A stretch of 53,619 nt of DNA from a virus (lineage: Duplodnaviria; Caudoviricetes): IMG/VR virus record IMGVR_UViG_3300020183_000101, positions 1 through 53,619 of that record, one strand, 5' to 3'. The position numbers were made by a program, and so were the translations under genes. The notes beneath the pieces were generated by a model. That model saw only the letters and a program-made list of their open reading frames with translations. It had not been told where the DNA came from and made no database searches. This document shows, one piece after another, positions 8,512-17,985 of this stretch. The stretch's first letter is position 1; each line of letters begins with the position of its first letter.

Positions 8512-9309
8512 TCAGACAGTAACTGAAGTATTGTTAGTGTAAGTTGTGGGAGATCCATTGATAGATACGACAACTCTTTGCGGTTGTCCAGAATTTCCAC
8601 CATTACTATATGAGGGACTTTGTGCATTTTGTAAAGATGCTGGAACTGGAGATGTCAAGATAAAACCAGATCCTCCCCCTCCACCACCGCCAGTATTGCT
8701 ATCGAAATTAGATCCACCAGAACCTCCACCATAGTATCCACCACCACCTCCAGAATTAGAGTAACAAGTAGGAGCACCTTGCAAGAAACTTCCAGCAGAT
8801 CCTTGACACCCTCTTCCACTATGCCTACCAGCAGCACCGCCAGATCCACTTAAATAACCTGAAGTTGTTCCTCCACCTCCACCAGTTACGTTTGATCTGG
8901 GATTTCCTGCTACACCATTTAACCCCCCACCAGGACCACCACCTCCACCTGATTGAGAACCAAAAGCTCCACCACCACCTGCAATCAGGATAATGTTTCC
9001 TGGAGATACTGGACCAACATAAACTGCAGCATAGTTTCCACCAGGACCATCACCACCACCAAAACGAATATTAAAAGTAGTCCCAGGAGAAACTTGTCCC
9101 CAAGTAATAGAATTTAATCCACCAGCGCCAGAACTTCCAGGTCCACCACCAGCAGTTAATGCTACCGAAGTTCCTGATGTATGAAAGGTTCTCCAAGTAC
9201 CAGCATCATTAATATAACCAGTGTTTATAGTTCTCCAAGTCCCACCGTCATTTACATAAATTGCAGTTGCTGTTCTCCAACTTCCATTATCATTAACGTA
9301 AGCAGTCAT
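8512..9309 (-). CDS. Glycine-rich fibre-tip / adhesin protein
   Basis: Three N-terminal Y(V/I)NDxG(S/T)WRT repeats, then ILIAGGGG and GGGGGYYGGG polyglycine motifs reminiscent of T-even gp38 adhesins. Confidence 0.7.
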   Translation of the reverse strand: MTAYVNDNGSWRTATAIYVNDGGTWRTINTGYINDAGTWRTFHTSGTSVALTAGGGPGSSGAGGLNSITWGQVSPGTTFNIRFGGGDGPGGNYAAVYVGPVSPGNIILIAGGGGAFGSQSGGGGGPGGGLNGVAGNPRSNVTGGGGGTTSGYLSGSGGAAGRHSGRGCQGSAGSFLQGAPTCYSNSGGGGGYYGGGSGGSNFDSNTGGGGGGGSGFILTSPVPASLQNAQSPSYSNGGNSGQPQRVVVSINGSPTTYTNNTSVTV

Positions 9310-9321
9310 TATGTTCCTCCA

Positions 9322-10023
9322 TTATTCGTAATATTCTGTGAGTTTTGGTTTAGTTGGCCATGATTTTTCGTCAAAGAAATCAAATGTTCTAATGTTGGAT
9401 ACATTATCAGGTAAATCACGAAGAGCTTGTCTATAATCTTTTATTTTTTGACTTACTTTAACACCTTTCTCAAGGGCATAAGCAAAAACAAAGTCGGTTT
9501 GTTGAAGTTTTTTATCTCTTTCATATTTAAGATCTAACCAAATTTCAAAGTCTTTTACTTTTAATTCTTCTGGAGTTAAATCACGAACTTCATACTTAGC
9601 ATAGATTTTTTTGTTCTCTTTGTCAATCTCCCACTCTTTTTCAGAAAGAGTTGTATATGTCTGTTCGTAGGTTACTTTTGGTTCGTTGTAAATGTATTCG
9701 TAAATTGTGTAAGTTACGGTTACTTCTTCATCACCATGATCCCACTCTTCAGGTAGATTAGTATGAACTACATGATTGTGTGGTACTGTTTCTGGATAGT
9801 TTTCATGAAGTAGTTTCCATCCATCATTAACAAGAAGATACTCGTCAGATACGAGAGCACCGTTTAAAAAATACCAATTAGGATGAACTCTTGTAGTCCA
9901 ATCTGGAAGTAAATATCTTTTATTCCTCTGTTGTTCATTCCATTCAGCAGTTGGCTCTGGAATTTCATCAGGAATCCAATAATGCTTTTCTTCAGTTTGA
10001 GTTTCTTGTTTATGCCAACCCAT
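9322..10023 (-). CDS. Tail fibre assembly chaperone
   Basis: C-terminal ERDKKLQQTDF...YRQALRDLP...WPTKP signature of phage tail assembly chaperones. Confidence 0.8.
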   Translation of the reverse strand: MGWHKQETQTEEKHYWIPDEIPEPTAEWNEQQRNKRYLLPDWTTRVHPNWYFLNGALVSDEYLLVNDGWKLLHENYPETVPHNHVVHTNLPEEWDHGDEEVTVTYTIYEYIYNEPKVTYEQTYTTLSEKEWEIDKENKKIYAKYEVRDLTPEELKVKDFEIWLDLKYERDKKLQQTDFVFAYALEKGVKVSQKIKDYRQALRDLPDNVSNIRTFDFFDEKSWPTKPKLTEYYE

Positions 10024-10058
10024 TAGAATATTCCCTAAAATAACTAACTAAGATATAT

Positions 10059-10919
10059 TTAGTATTTGTACCAGATGTCTCCATTAGATCCACCAGCTGG
10101 GTTGCCACTAGAAAGTGTTCTATTTCCAAAGGCATTTTGAGAACTGGATCCAAAAGTAGTTGCAGTAATTGCACCAGCACTAAAGTTGCCAGATCCATCA
10201 CGAGCAACAATTGCTGATGCGGTGTTAGCACTCGTAGCAGTTGTAGCACTATTAGGAATAGATGTTAATGAAGCACCAGATCCAGAGAACGTAGTGGCAG
10301 TTACTGTACCATTTACATCTAATGCTGTTGATGGATTTACTTTTCCTACTCCAAGATTGCCACTTACATAAGCCCCACCAGTAACTTGAAGATTTTGATT
10401 TGCGGTTCCAGTTGCTGAAGTTGCTCCAATTAAAAACTCCCCAGTGGGGGCAAGTGTATATCTATATGAAGTTCCATCAAAGACACCAAATCCAGTAAAT
10501 CCATTAGATGTTGGATCTGCGTTAAAAAAGGTATAATTATTATTTGTCGTACTATTAGTGATTCTTAATGCAGCAGCTGCAGAATTTCTAATATGAACTC
10601 CATTAACTGCTGGAGATGGAGTACCAACACCCAAAACTCCTGTTACGAAAGCGCCTCCAGTAACCTGAAGTTTTGCTCCTCCAGTAATACCACTGGCACC
10701 GATGAGAACTGGACCATTACTAAATGTTCCAATTCCAGCGGTATTTACATCTCCAGAAAAACCTCCAGAAAAAGATGTTGCAGTTACAACTCCAGCAATA
10801 GTAACGTTGGTCACTGCAATTCCAAGTGCAGTAATATTACCAGTTACTGTGAGAGATGGAGTTGTTGGACCTGCCGTACCAACTCTGTTTTTTATAGTAT
10901 CAACATTAATCTGTGACAT
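10059..10919 (-). CDS. Tail fibre stalk module
   Basis: MSQINVDTI start, LQVTGGA / LGVG / TATTFSGSGASLT repeats, C-terminal GGSNGDIWYKY. Confidence 0.8.
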   Translation of the reverse strand: MSQINVDTIKNRVGTAGPTTPSLTVTGNITALGIAVTNVTIAGVVTATSFSGGFSGDVNTAGIGTFSNGPVLIGASGITGGAKLQVTGGAFVTGVLGVGTPSPAVNGVHIRNSAAAALRITNSTTNNNYTFFNADPTSNGFTGFGVFDGTSYRYTLAPTGEFLIGATSATGTANQNLQVTGGAYVSGNLGVGKVNPSTALDVNGTVTATTFSGSGASLTSIPNSATTATSANTASAIVARDGSGNFSAGAITATTFGSSSQNAFGNRTLSSGNPAGGSNGDIWYKY

Positions 10920-10933
10920 ATCCTGGATACTAC

Positions 10934-10949
10934 TTTTTTAGTTATTTAT
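10934..10949 (-). promoter_or_regulatory. T4-type late promoter, ATAAATAACTAAAAAA copy 3
   Basis: Identical 16-mer upstream of 10919. Confidence 0.75.
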
Positions 10950-10951
10950 CC

Positions 10952-11560
10952 TCATTTTAAATTCAAATTCAATGATACAGTTATTCTCCTCTTATCTGAG
11001 GTATTTTTTTCAACTAGATGTGGGACAAATGATGGGAAAAATATAATATCTCCTTCTTCTATATCATCAAACTGTTGAATAGGTTGATACATTCTATTAT
11101 TAATTTGATTTGTCACAAATGTTCTTGTGACAACATGAGGATTAAAAAACTTAGGAGATTTATGCACTTGAGGATTATATTCAAGGAAATGAATCATTGA
11201 GAAATGATCTGGATAATGATCATGCCTTTCCTGATAATCGTTTTTATCATAGGCGTTATACCATATAGATCCAATTTCATAATTGGGAAGTTTATTCGTA
11301 TTCACTTGCATTACATGTAAAAATTCGCATATGATATCATGATAGAAATGTTTGTAAGCATTCATGACATTCCTATCAAGATGGTAACTTGTTTTTACAT
11401 CACAATCCCAGTTACTATTTTTACATTTTTCTCCAATATCTTTTTCAATGATCGGCACTAATTGTTTTTTTGCCCAATCATTGAAGTGTCTCTGCCTATA
11501 CTGATATTTTGTCGTATAAAAAGTGGTGGGAAAAAATTCCCATTTCATATTAACTGTCAT
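10952..11560 (-). CDS. 2OG-Fe(II) oxygenase-family protein (HxH type)
   Basis: WYNAY...QERHDH, FSMIHF, EGDIIFFPSFVPHLV, RITVSLN. Confidence 0.9.
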   Translation of the reverse strand: MTVNMKWEFFPTTFYTTKYQYRQRHFNDWAKKQLVPIIEKDIGEKCKNSNWDCDVKTSYHLDRNVMNAYKHFYHDIICEFLHVMQVNTNKLPNYEIGSIWYNAYDKNDYQERHDHYPDHFSMIHFLEYNPQVHKSPKFFNPHVVTRTFVTNQINNRMYQPIQQFDDIEEGDIIFFPSFVPHLVEKNTSDKRRITVSLNLNLK

Positions 11561-11570
11561 AATAATTAAA

Positions 11571-12494
11571 TCAAACTTTTTTTATTCTAATTGCGCCTGG
11601 TTGTACTGCCGATCCCCAAGAACTTGGATCACCTGGGAATGTTCCACCCACACCAAAAGATCTATTTGTCACACTACTTGGATCTGCATATCCATTTGCA
11701 CCTGCGGCACTAAATCCACCAGAAGTATTGTTACCTCCAGCCCCACCAGCCCATCCGCCGCCTCCTCCACCGCCTGAACTATCTCCAGGAGCTACTCCTC
11801 CATATCCACCACGAGCATATCCAGATAATCCTGCGGATGGAGTATTTCCAGCTCCACCTCCACCATATCCACCAATTCCTCTTGGTGCATTTCCTCCAGG
11901 TGAGGTAGTTTGTCTTCCACCACCAGCAGCTCCTCCAGTATTTCCACTGGCACCTTGAGCACCTGCTCCATCAGGTCCAGGGTTACCTGTTGGACCTCCA
12001 CCACCTGCTCCACCAGCAGATCCAGGAGCTGCTTGCCCTCCTCCACCGCCAGCAACAAGAATTTCTGTTCCTGCGGCGCTTGGTGTGAGAGTTAATGCAG
12101 ATCCACCTCCACCACCATAACCAATTGGAGACCCACCAGATTTACCACCTTGCCCCAGATGTATCCAATAGGTTACACCAGGAGAAAATGTATATGTTCC
12201 TTGATTATTTCCACCTCTTCCACCAGCTCCACCACCACCGCCAGCACCATAGACACTAACTTGAGCAGTTAAAGAACCAGAAACCTGAAAACTTCTTGTA
12301 GAATACTCAAAAATTGTAAGATCTCCACTTGCAGTTAGATCCCAAGAAGTTTGACCTCCAGGTAAAGCTGGAGAAATATTAGTTAGTGTTGCCGAAGGAG
12401 GAGGTGGTGGTGGAGCTGGAGGGATGGGTCTTTTTCTAAATCCTTGACCAACTCTAACACCACCAAGAGATGCAATTCTTCCTAAAAAAGGCAT
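11571..12494 (-). CDS. Glycine-rich fibre-tip / adhesin protein with polyproline linker
   Basis: PIPPAPPPPPPS linker; YGAGGGG, ILVAGGGGG, GGGGGWAGG motifs. Confidence 0.7.
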   Translation of the reverse strand: MPFLGRIASLGGVRVGQGFRKRPIPPAPPPPPPSATLTNISPALPGGQTSWDLTASGDLTIFEYSTRSFQVSGSLTAQVSVYGAGGGGGAGGRGGNNQGTYTFSPGVTYWIHLGQGGKSGGSPIGYGGGGGSALTLTPSAAGTEILVAGGGGGQAAPGSAGGAGGGGPTGNPGPDGAGAQGASGNTGGAAGGGRQTTSPGGNAPRGIGGYGGGGAGNTPSAGLSGYARGGYGGVAPGDSSGGGGGGGWAGGAGGNNTSGGFSAAGANGYADPSSVTNRSFGVGGTFPGDPSSWGSAVQPGAIRIKKV

Positions 12495-12496
12495 AA

Positions 12497-13249
12497 TTAC
12501 CAGAAACCTCCGCTTACCGATCCAAAAACTTCATAATTTGTCGCTGTACTTGCCGACCCTGTTACATTAATGATTGAAAAATTAAAAAATGCATATCCTG
12601 TCGTTGTTGTAACGCCAGATACTGCAGCACCTAATGATCCTCCAATCCACCTAATTGTTCTTGATGTATCATTAAGTGTAATTGCAGTGCAAGTTCTTGC
12701 TACTCCTGAAGAACTTACTGCTAAAGTCAATGCTATTGAATGACCATTAAAATCTGATGATGTAGGAATTCCACGAAGATTTACAGTAATGTCTCCAGTT
12801 GGATTAGTGCAAATACCAATATTACCACTACTTGAATTATACGTCAAATCCGCAGTGTTTCCATTAATTAAAACAACCTTCTCAGCGCCAGTTATAACTC
12901 TAAGTTCATTTGGAGCAATTGGAATATTTGTTTCAAATGCCTTCTTTGTATCATTGTAAGTAAATGTTTTATTTGTTTCCCCATAAATTAGAATTCCATC
13001 ACCACTAGCACCAGCATCAGTTGGAGTTGAAGTTGATCCAATACCAACTGACGAAGATCTAAGGTTTAGAACTGGTGTATCAATAGTAACTACACTTGAT
13101 CCAATACTTAATTGATTATTTCTGCCGCTGTAATTAGATGCACTTAAAACAGTGGCTGTAATAATTCCAGTGATGTTGGCTCCTAACGGAAACGAAGGAG
13201 CCCCAGTTCCTGCCTTATTTACAATTGTATCAACTTGTACTTTAGACAT
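12497..13249 (-). CDS. Tail-fibre connector module, paralog of 2090..2986
   Basis: MSKVQVDTIVNKAGTGAP start shared with other modules; C-terminal domain shared with 2090..2986; ATAAATA at 13268-13274. Confidence 0.75.
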   Translation of the reverse strand: MSKVQVDTIVNKAGTGAPSFPLGANITGIITATVLSASNYSGRNNQLSIGSSVVTIDTPVLNLRSSSVGIGSTSTPTDAGASGDGILIYGETNKTFTYNDTKKAFETNIPIAPNELRVITGAEKVVLINGNTADLTYNSSSGNIGICTNPTGDITVNLRGIPTSSDFNGHSIALTLAVSSSGVARTCTAITLNDTSRTIRWIGGSLGAAVSGVTTTTGYAFFNFSIINVTGSASTATNYEVFGSVSGGFW

Positions 13250-13273
13250 TTATTTACACTTTTTGAGTATTTA

Positions 13274-16264
13274 TTATGCCTGAGCTTCCGTCCAGGAAAG
13301 ACGACCAAATACAGTAACTGTATTAGCACCAAGATTAGTAACAATAATTGATAATGTATCTGGACCATCTGGGAAAATACCAGTATTTGCCGTAGATCCT
13401 CCACCACCAATAATAGAGTTTCCTAAATCTCTAACTCTATCAAGATCAACTGATTGGGCACCCGCACCAACGAAGAATCCAGCGGTAACTTCGCCACCAG
13501 TGATGGTTGTGGATCCACCAGCATAAGATGCAATTTGCGCCAAACTGGAATTAACTTCTGTTAAAGACCCACCAACAGCATTTGTCCAAGTAGTTGCTGT
13601 GCTAGGAATTCCGTTAAGAATTGCTTGTACAAGTAGGTTTGTTGAAGCCCCTCCAGTTGAAGTAATATCCAATGCACGAAGAACCAACTGCATTCGGTTA
13701 ATCAGTTCTCTTTGACCAATGTTTGCACCAATACCATTATCACAAGAAGGTGCTACACGAATTGCTAAAAGTGCTCTTGTTGCTCCTGATGTAATTGAAG
13801 TTGCTGTTCTCTGTCCAAATGTGAAAACCAGAGATTTATCATCGTCAAATCTACCATCCATAATGACAGAAGTTCCCCAGTGTGAAATAGATGGCGCAAA
13901 TGTTGGATATGCAAGTTCTATAGCAACTGGATCTAAAGCAGAAAAAGTGAATGTTTGTCCAGTTGATGCTCCCATAGAAACAATGGTAACAGATGGGTTA
14001 CCTGTAGTAACTGCTTTACTTAGTACAAGTTCTCCAGGTCTAATGGCAGTTACAAAAGTGTTATCTGGAACACCAGATCCAATTACTCTCATTCCAACTT
14101 GAACGTTTGTAGTGCTACCTGTAGCGACGTTTGTATTCGATGACATAGTAAGAGTTTGTGTGTTTCCAGGAAGTCCTCTAGTTAAACCAGTAAAAGTATT
14201 TCCAGAAATACCATTATAATTTACGTATTCATACGTCGATGCATTTCTGATTACAACGGTTCCTCTTGGAGGGAAACCTCCAGTAGATGTTACACCAACT
14301 GTAGTATCTCCCGAATTTAAAGTTGAGGTAATTCTAGTGGTTGGAGGAATACTTTCAACCTCATATCTTGCTGGTAGGTTACCAGATCTCATGTAAGCTT
14401 CGCTATTGACATTATTATTGACAAGTTTGTGGCAATATTTTACACTGCCATTGTCTGCCCTATATCCCCAACGAATGTATCCAGCACCATACCATGAGTA
14501 GTCAATATAGAACATCTGCATCTTATTGAAGTCTATACTATATCCAGATGGACCAGATCCGTCCATTTTATCAAGATTCCACTCACTCTGAGGAATTCTC
14601 AAATCAACAGTTCTTGATGCAATAACAAATTCAGCATTAGCACCTCTGTAAGAAGGGCTGATTGTCATGCTAGTGTCACTTGCAATATCAATAACTCTGT
14701 ATGACATTCCACGAATAACAATAAAGTCTCCAATGTTTAACTGTTTTGCAAAATATGTTGGGAATGAAGAGTTGGTTTGAGATACAGTATTTGAGTTTTG
14801 TACTACACTAATTCTTCCAGAAAGTTGGAATGTTGAACTTCTACGGCAAACATATGCTTGCTGACCATCATGTTCAAAGAAGATACCATTTTGCGAATCA
14901 AATAAACCAAGTCTTGTCTTAGATCCATACCAAGAATTAACAGAGATTACAAAGTTGCCAGAAGCAATGGTTGTTGTTGGGGTTGATCCTGCAGTATATT
15001 GGAATGTATTAAATCCAGTTACATTTGTAATTTCAAATGTTCCATTATATGCAGTTTCATTTGCTCCACTAACAGTAATTGTAGAACCTGGGAGAATATT
15101 ATGTTGCTCTTTTGTTTGAACTGTAACTATAGTTCCAGATGAAGTAAGTGAATCTATCTGATAATTTGGTTTTAAGATAGTACCAGAACTGACTTGAATA
15201 CCTTTACCAGACTGATAGCGGAAGTATCTTCTAGTTTGACGCACTCCCTGTTCAAAGTTACCACTTGCATTATTTGAGAAGAGAGTTCCGCCATCAAAGG
15301 GTCTATGTAAGAATTGTGCTTGAGGGAGAACATAAACAGATCCACTACTTACTGCTCCTGTAGGTGCTGCATTTGCAAATACTCTAAATGTCGTACTATT
15401 TACAATGCACGATACTGGGAAAGATCCGTTTGGTGCGTTTGATGATGCTGTAGTTCCAACGATTGCTACCTCATTTCCAATTGCAAGTCCGTGAGGGACT
15501 GATGTTACTACTGTAATATCAGTTCCAGAGTAAGTAATTGTTGGTGTTCCTCCGATTGCTGCCCCAGTATATAAAGTTCCTCTAAAAATTTGTGTTTTAT
15601 TTACATCAAATAAAGACGTTACGTTAGAGGTATTAACTGATTTACCTGTATATGTGATTGTATTAGATCCACCACCAGATTCAATAGTAAAGTTTCCGTT
15701 AGCAATGTTTAAAAAAGTATCATAAACGAAGATTGGTGTTCCATCAGCAGGGAATGTTCCAGAGGACAGAACAACTGTCACTGTTCTGGAGTTTGTATTC
15801 ATCGTGATGGTACTAATATTAGGAATAGACTCCTCGGATGGGAAAGCAAAGGGTCTATTATTAACTAGTCCAATATTTTCCCACTTGGTTGTCTGAAGCC
15901 CATACTCAAAGTCAGTGTCAATCAGAGCTTGTGGTTGAGTAACTCTAAATTTATCAACAGGATCTAGAAGAGGTTCAACTGGTTGAATATATGTAGAATC
16001 ATTTTCATAAAAAATCTGCAAGTCATCAGTTGCAGACATTGATGAAGTGTTTGTTTCAAGTGTTATCGTGGTTTTTCCTGTCGTAGCGTTATAGGAAACA
16101 CTAGCACCTTTAGTGGGATCTGCAAAATTATATAATAAGGTGCCACTAGTAACATTTGTGATGATCAGTAGTCTCTTTAGAGAGACTGCACCATCAAATA
16201 CAATCGTTCCAGCGTTAGCAGCTCCTGGAGTAAATACATAATTAAACTGTAATCTCTTTGCCAT
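13274..16264 (-). CDS. Large beta-rich virion structural / fibre-associated protein
   Basis: 996 aa, Thr/Ser/Gly-rich; repeated VTV...HGL..G..V.I.G....NG.F beta domains; QALIDTDFEYG motif; ATAAATA at 16289-16295. Confidence 0.75.
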   Translation of the reverse strand: MAKRLQFNYVFTPGAANAGTIVFDGAVSLKRLLIITNVTSGTLLYNFADPTKGASVSYNATTGKTTITLETNTSSMSATDDLQIFYENDSTYIQPVEPLLDPVDKFRVTQPQALIDTDFEYGLQTTKWENIGLVNNRPFAFPSEESIPNISTITMNTNSRTVTVVLSSGTFPADGTPIFVYDTFLNIANGNFTIESGGGSNTITYTGKSVNTSNVTSLFDVNKTQIFRGTLYTGAAIGGTPTITYSGTDITVVTSVPHGLAIGNEVAIVGTTASSNAPNGSFPVSCIVNSTTFRVFANAAPTGAVSSGSVYVLPQAQFLHRPFDGGTLFSNNASGNFEQGVRQTRRYFRYQSGKGIQVSSGTILKPNYQIDSLTSSGTIVTVQTKEQHNILPGSTITVSGANETAYNGTFEITNVTGFNTFQYTAGSTPTTTIASGNFVISVNSWYGSKTRLGLFDSQNGIFFEHDGQQAYVCRRSSTFQLSGRISVVQNSNTVSQTNSSFPTYFAKQLNIGDFIVIRGMSYRVIDIASDTSMTISPSYRGANAEFVIASRTVDLRIPQSEWNLDKMDGSGPSGYSIDFNKMQMFYIDYSWYGAGYIRWGYRADNGSVKYCHKLVNNNVNSEAYMRSGNLPARYEVESIPPTTRITSTLNSGDTTVGVTSTGGFPPRGTVVIRNASTYEYVNYNGISGNTFTGLTRGLPGNTQTLTMSSNTNVATGSTTNVQVGMRVIGSGVPDNTFVTAIRPGELVLSKAVTTGNPSVTIVSMGASTGQTFTFSALDPVAIELAYPTFAPSISHWGTSVIMDGRFDDDKSLVFTFGQRTATSITSGATRALLAIRVAPSCDNGIGANIGQRELINRMQLVLRALDITSTGGASTNLLVQAILNGIPSTATTWTNAVGGSLTEVNSSLAQIASYAGGSTTITGGEVTAGFFVGAGAQSVDLDRVRDLGNSIIGGGGSTANTGIFPDGPDTLSIIVTNLGANTVTVFGRLSWTEAQA

Positions 16265-16302
16265 ATCCCTGGATAATTATCTTTAAGGTATTTATGATTT
16301 GA

Positions 16303-16518
16303 TCAACCACCAAGAGCGATACTGTACGCAATCGCTAAGGTGTCTATCGCAGTGCTGGAAACTGTCCCAGTTACAACTAAATTACTTGCAGTGAGAATTC
16401 CTGTAACGTTTCCATTATTATCAACATTCAAACTATGATTGATATCAACATCAGATTCTACGGTAATTTTTGAACCAGTTGTTCTTGCTGAAAGTTCGTC
16501 AGCAGCTATTCTAGACAT
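16303..16518 (-). CDS. Mini fibre adaptor (71 aa)
   Basis: GILTASNL fibre motif and C-terminal AIAYSIALGG like 25220..26449. Confidence 0.7.
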   Translation of the reverse strand: MSRIAADELSARTTGSKITVESDVDINHSLNVDNNGNVTGILTASNLVVTGTVSSTAIDTLAIAYSIALGG

Positions 16519-17305
16519 TTGGAATATCTCCTAATTGAAGGACATCAATAATTAAAGTTTTTCCAATACCAACAGTAACACCAACACCTGAAGCGACAGT
16601 TACGTTAGGAATAACTGTAAAAATGAATGTACTTCCATCACCAGCATTTGTAGTATCAAGTGTGATACTTTCGGAAACCGTTGATGCAGCAGAGATATAA
16701 CCAAATAGACCATCACGGTCTCCAACCTGCTCACCAATTACACCAACGGTTGGGAAAGAGATTGAAACTGTGCCACCAACTGATACTGCGGTAACACCTG
16801 TTCCAAGAATTTTAATATCGGTAATTGCGTATCCGACTCTAGCAGTACCAGATTGAATACCAACACCTCTTGGAAGATCATCTAAAAGTGCAGCACTTCC
16901 AGTGAAGGTAGTTGCATTGACACTGGAAGCGGTAATGATTCCAGTTGCTCTAATGTTTCCTGTAGCAGTAAGATCGGAAGTATTAGTTCTACCACCAACA
17001 GTCACATTATCCTGAAAAGTTACTGCAGACTTTGGATCTACTGTGTTTGATACATTATAATCTTCAAAAATTTGAAAGTCTAATACATCTCCACCAGCAG
17101 CAGGAGATTCTAATACAACGGTAACACCATCTCTTGCAGTATAATCAGAACCATCAACTAGATGAACACCATTTCTGAATACAGAAAGGAAGTTGATGTT
17201 ATAACCACCAGGAATAGTAAAAGATGTTTGTCCGTTAGTTGCAGTAAGGCTTATCGTCCTATTAACAATGTTGGACGTAAGCGTTACTGGATTTCCTATC
17301 GTCAT
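16511..17305 (-). CDS. Fibre hub/branch module, paralog of 24074..24664
   Basis: ATNGQTSF...YN...VFRNGVHL...DYTARDG...GDVLDF domain and C-terminal VTVASGVGVTVG motif shared with 24074..24664. Confidence 0.7.
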   Translation of the reverse strand: MTIGNPVTLTSNIVNRTISLTATNGQTSFTIPGGYNINFLSVFRNGVHLVDGSDYTARDGVTVVLESPAAGGDVLDFQIFEDYNVSNTVDPKSAVTFQDNVTVGGRTNTSDLTATGNIRATGIITASSVNATTFTGSAALLDDLPRGVGIQSGTARVGYAITDIKILGTGVTAVSVGGTVSISFPTVGVIGEQVGDRDGLFGYISAASTVSESITLDTTNAGDGSTFIFTVIPNVTVASGVGVTVGIGKTLIIDVLQLGDIPNV

Positions 17306-17313
17306 ATCGACCT

Positions 17314-17329
17314 TTTTTTAGTTATTTAT
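17314..17329 (-). promoter_or_regulatory. T4-type late promoter, ATAAATAACTAAAAAA copy 4
   Basis: Identical 16-mer upstream of 17305, overlapping the previous stop codon. Confidence 0.75.
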
Positions 17330-17985
17330 GTCTGATAGCAATTAACCTCACCCTTTGCCCAGAAAATAATCTGAAAAACTCTACGTGCAATATTAGATTT
17401 AACTTTAGTTACAGTATGCCAGTTCCTATAGTCTTTTGAGTTCTTGAAAAGAATACTAGAGTTATCCTTATATTTAATAGTCAATTTATTTTCAAATTCA
17501 TCAATCTCTGGATTCTTATCGTTATCATTACCGTCCAGAAAAATAAAGTCTCCACCTCCACCCCTCCAACAAAGATGTGGAAAGAAGAAAACGTGTGATG
17601 CTAATTTTCTGCAGCAATCACTATGAGGGCAAAGATCTGATCCATCTTCCATGATGGACCATTCAAAACCAATATCAAAATCATCTATATTTAATAGGTT
17701 CTTAACCTTGTTAATATAGTCTTCACTCTTAAAATAATCTATAAATCCTTCCCACTCAGAATTAATCGCAGAGGTCTCAAACAAATTATCTTTAATTTTT
17801 GAGTTAAAAGATAAAAACTTCTTCTTATGCTCTCTCTGATTGTTTCTACGATTATTGCCATCAAAATCCTCAAACTTAGAAGAACTAGGATATTGCTCCG
17901 TCAATCTATCAAATGTATGAGGATTAAAAGTTTTTTCAGAGAAATATCTATAGTTCCCAATATCTTCAAAATTGAAATTGATCAT
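17326..17985 (-). CDS. 2OG-Fe(II) oxygenase-family protein
   Basis: LCPHSD (HxD), WRGGGGDF, NWHTVTKV, RRVFQI. Confidence 0.8.
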   Translation of the reverse strand: MINFNFEDIGNYRYFSEKTFNPHTFDRLTEQYPSSSKFEDFDGNNRRNNQREHKKKFLSFNSKIKDNLFETSAINSEWEGFIDYFKSEDYINKVKNLLNIDDFDIGFEWSIMEDGSDLCPHSDCCRKLASHVFFFPHLCWRGGGGDFIFLDGNDNDKNPEIDEFENKLTIKYKDNSSILFKNSKDYRNWHTVTKVKSNIARRVFQIIFWAKGEVNCYQT

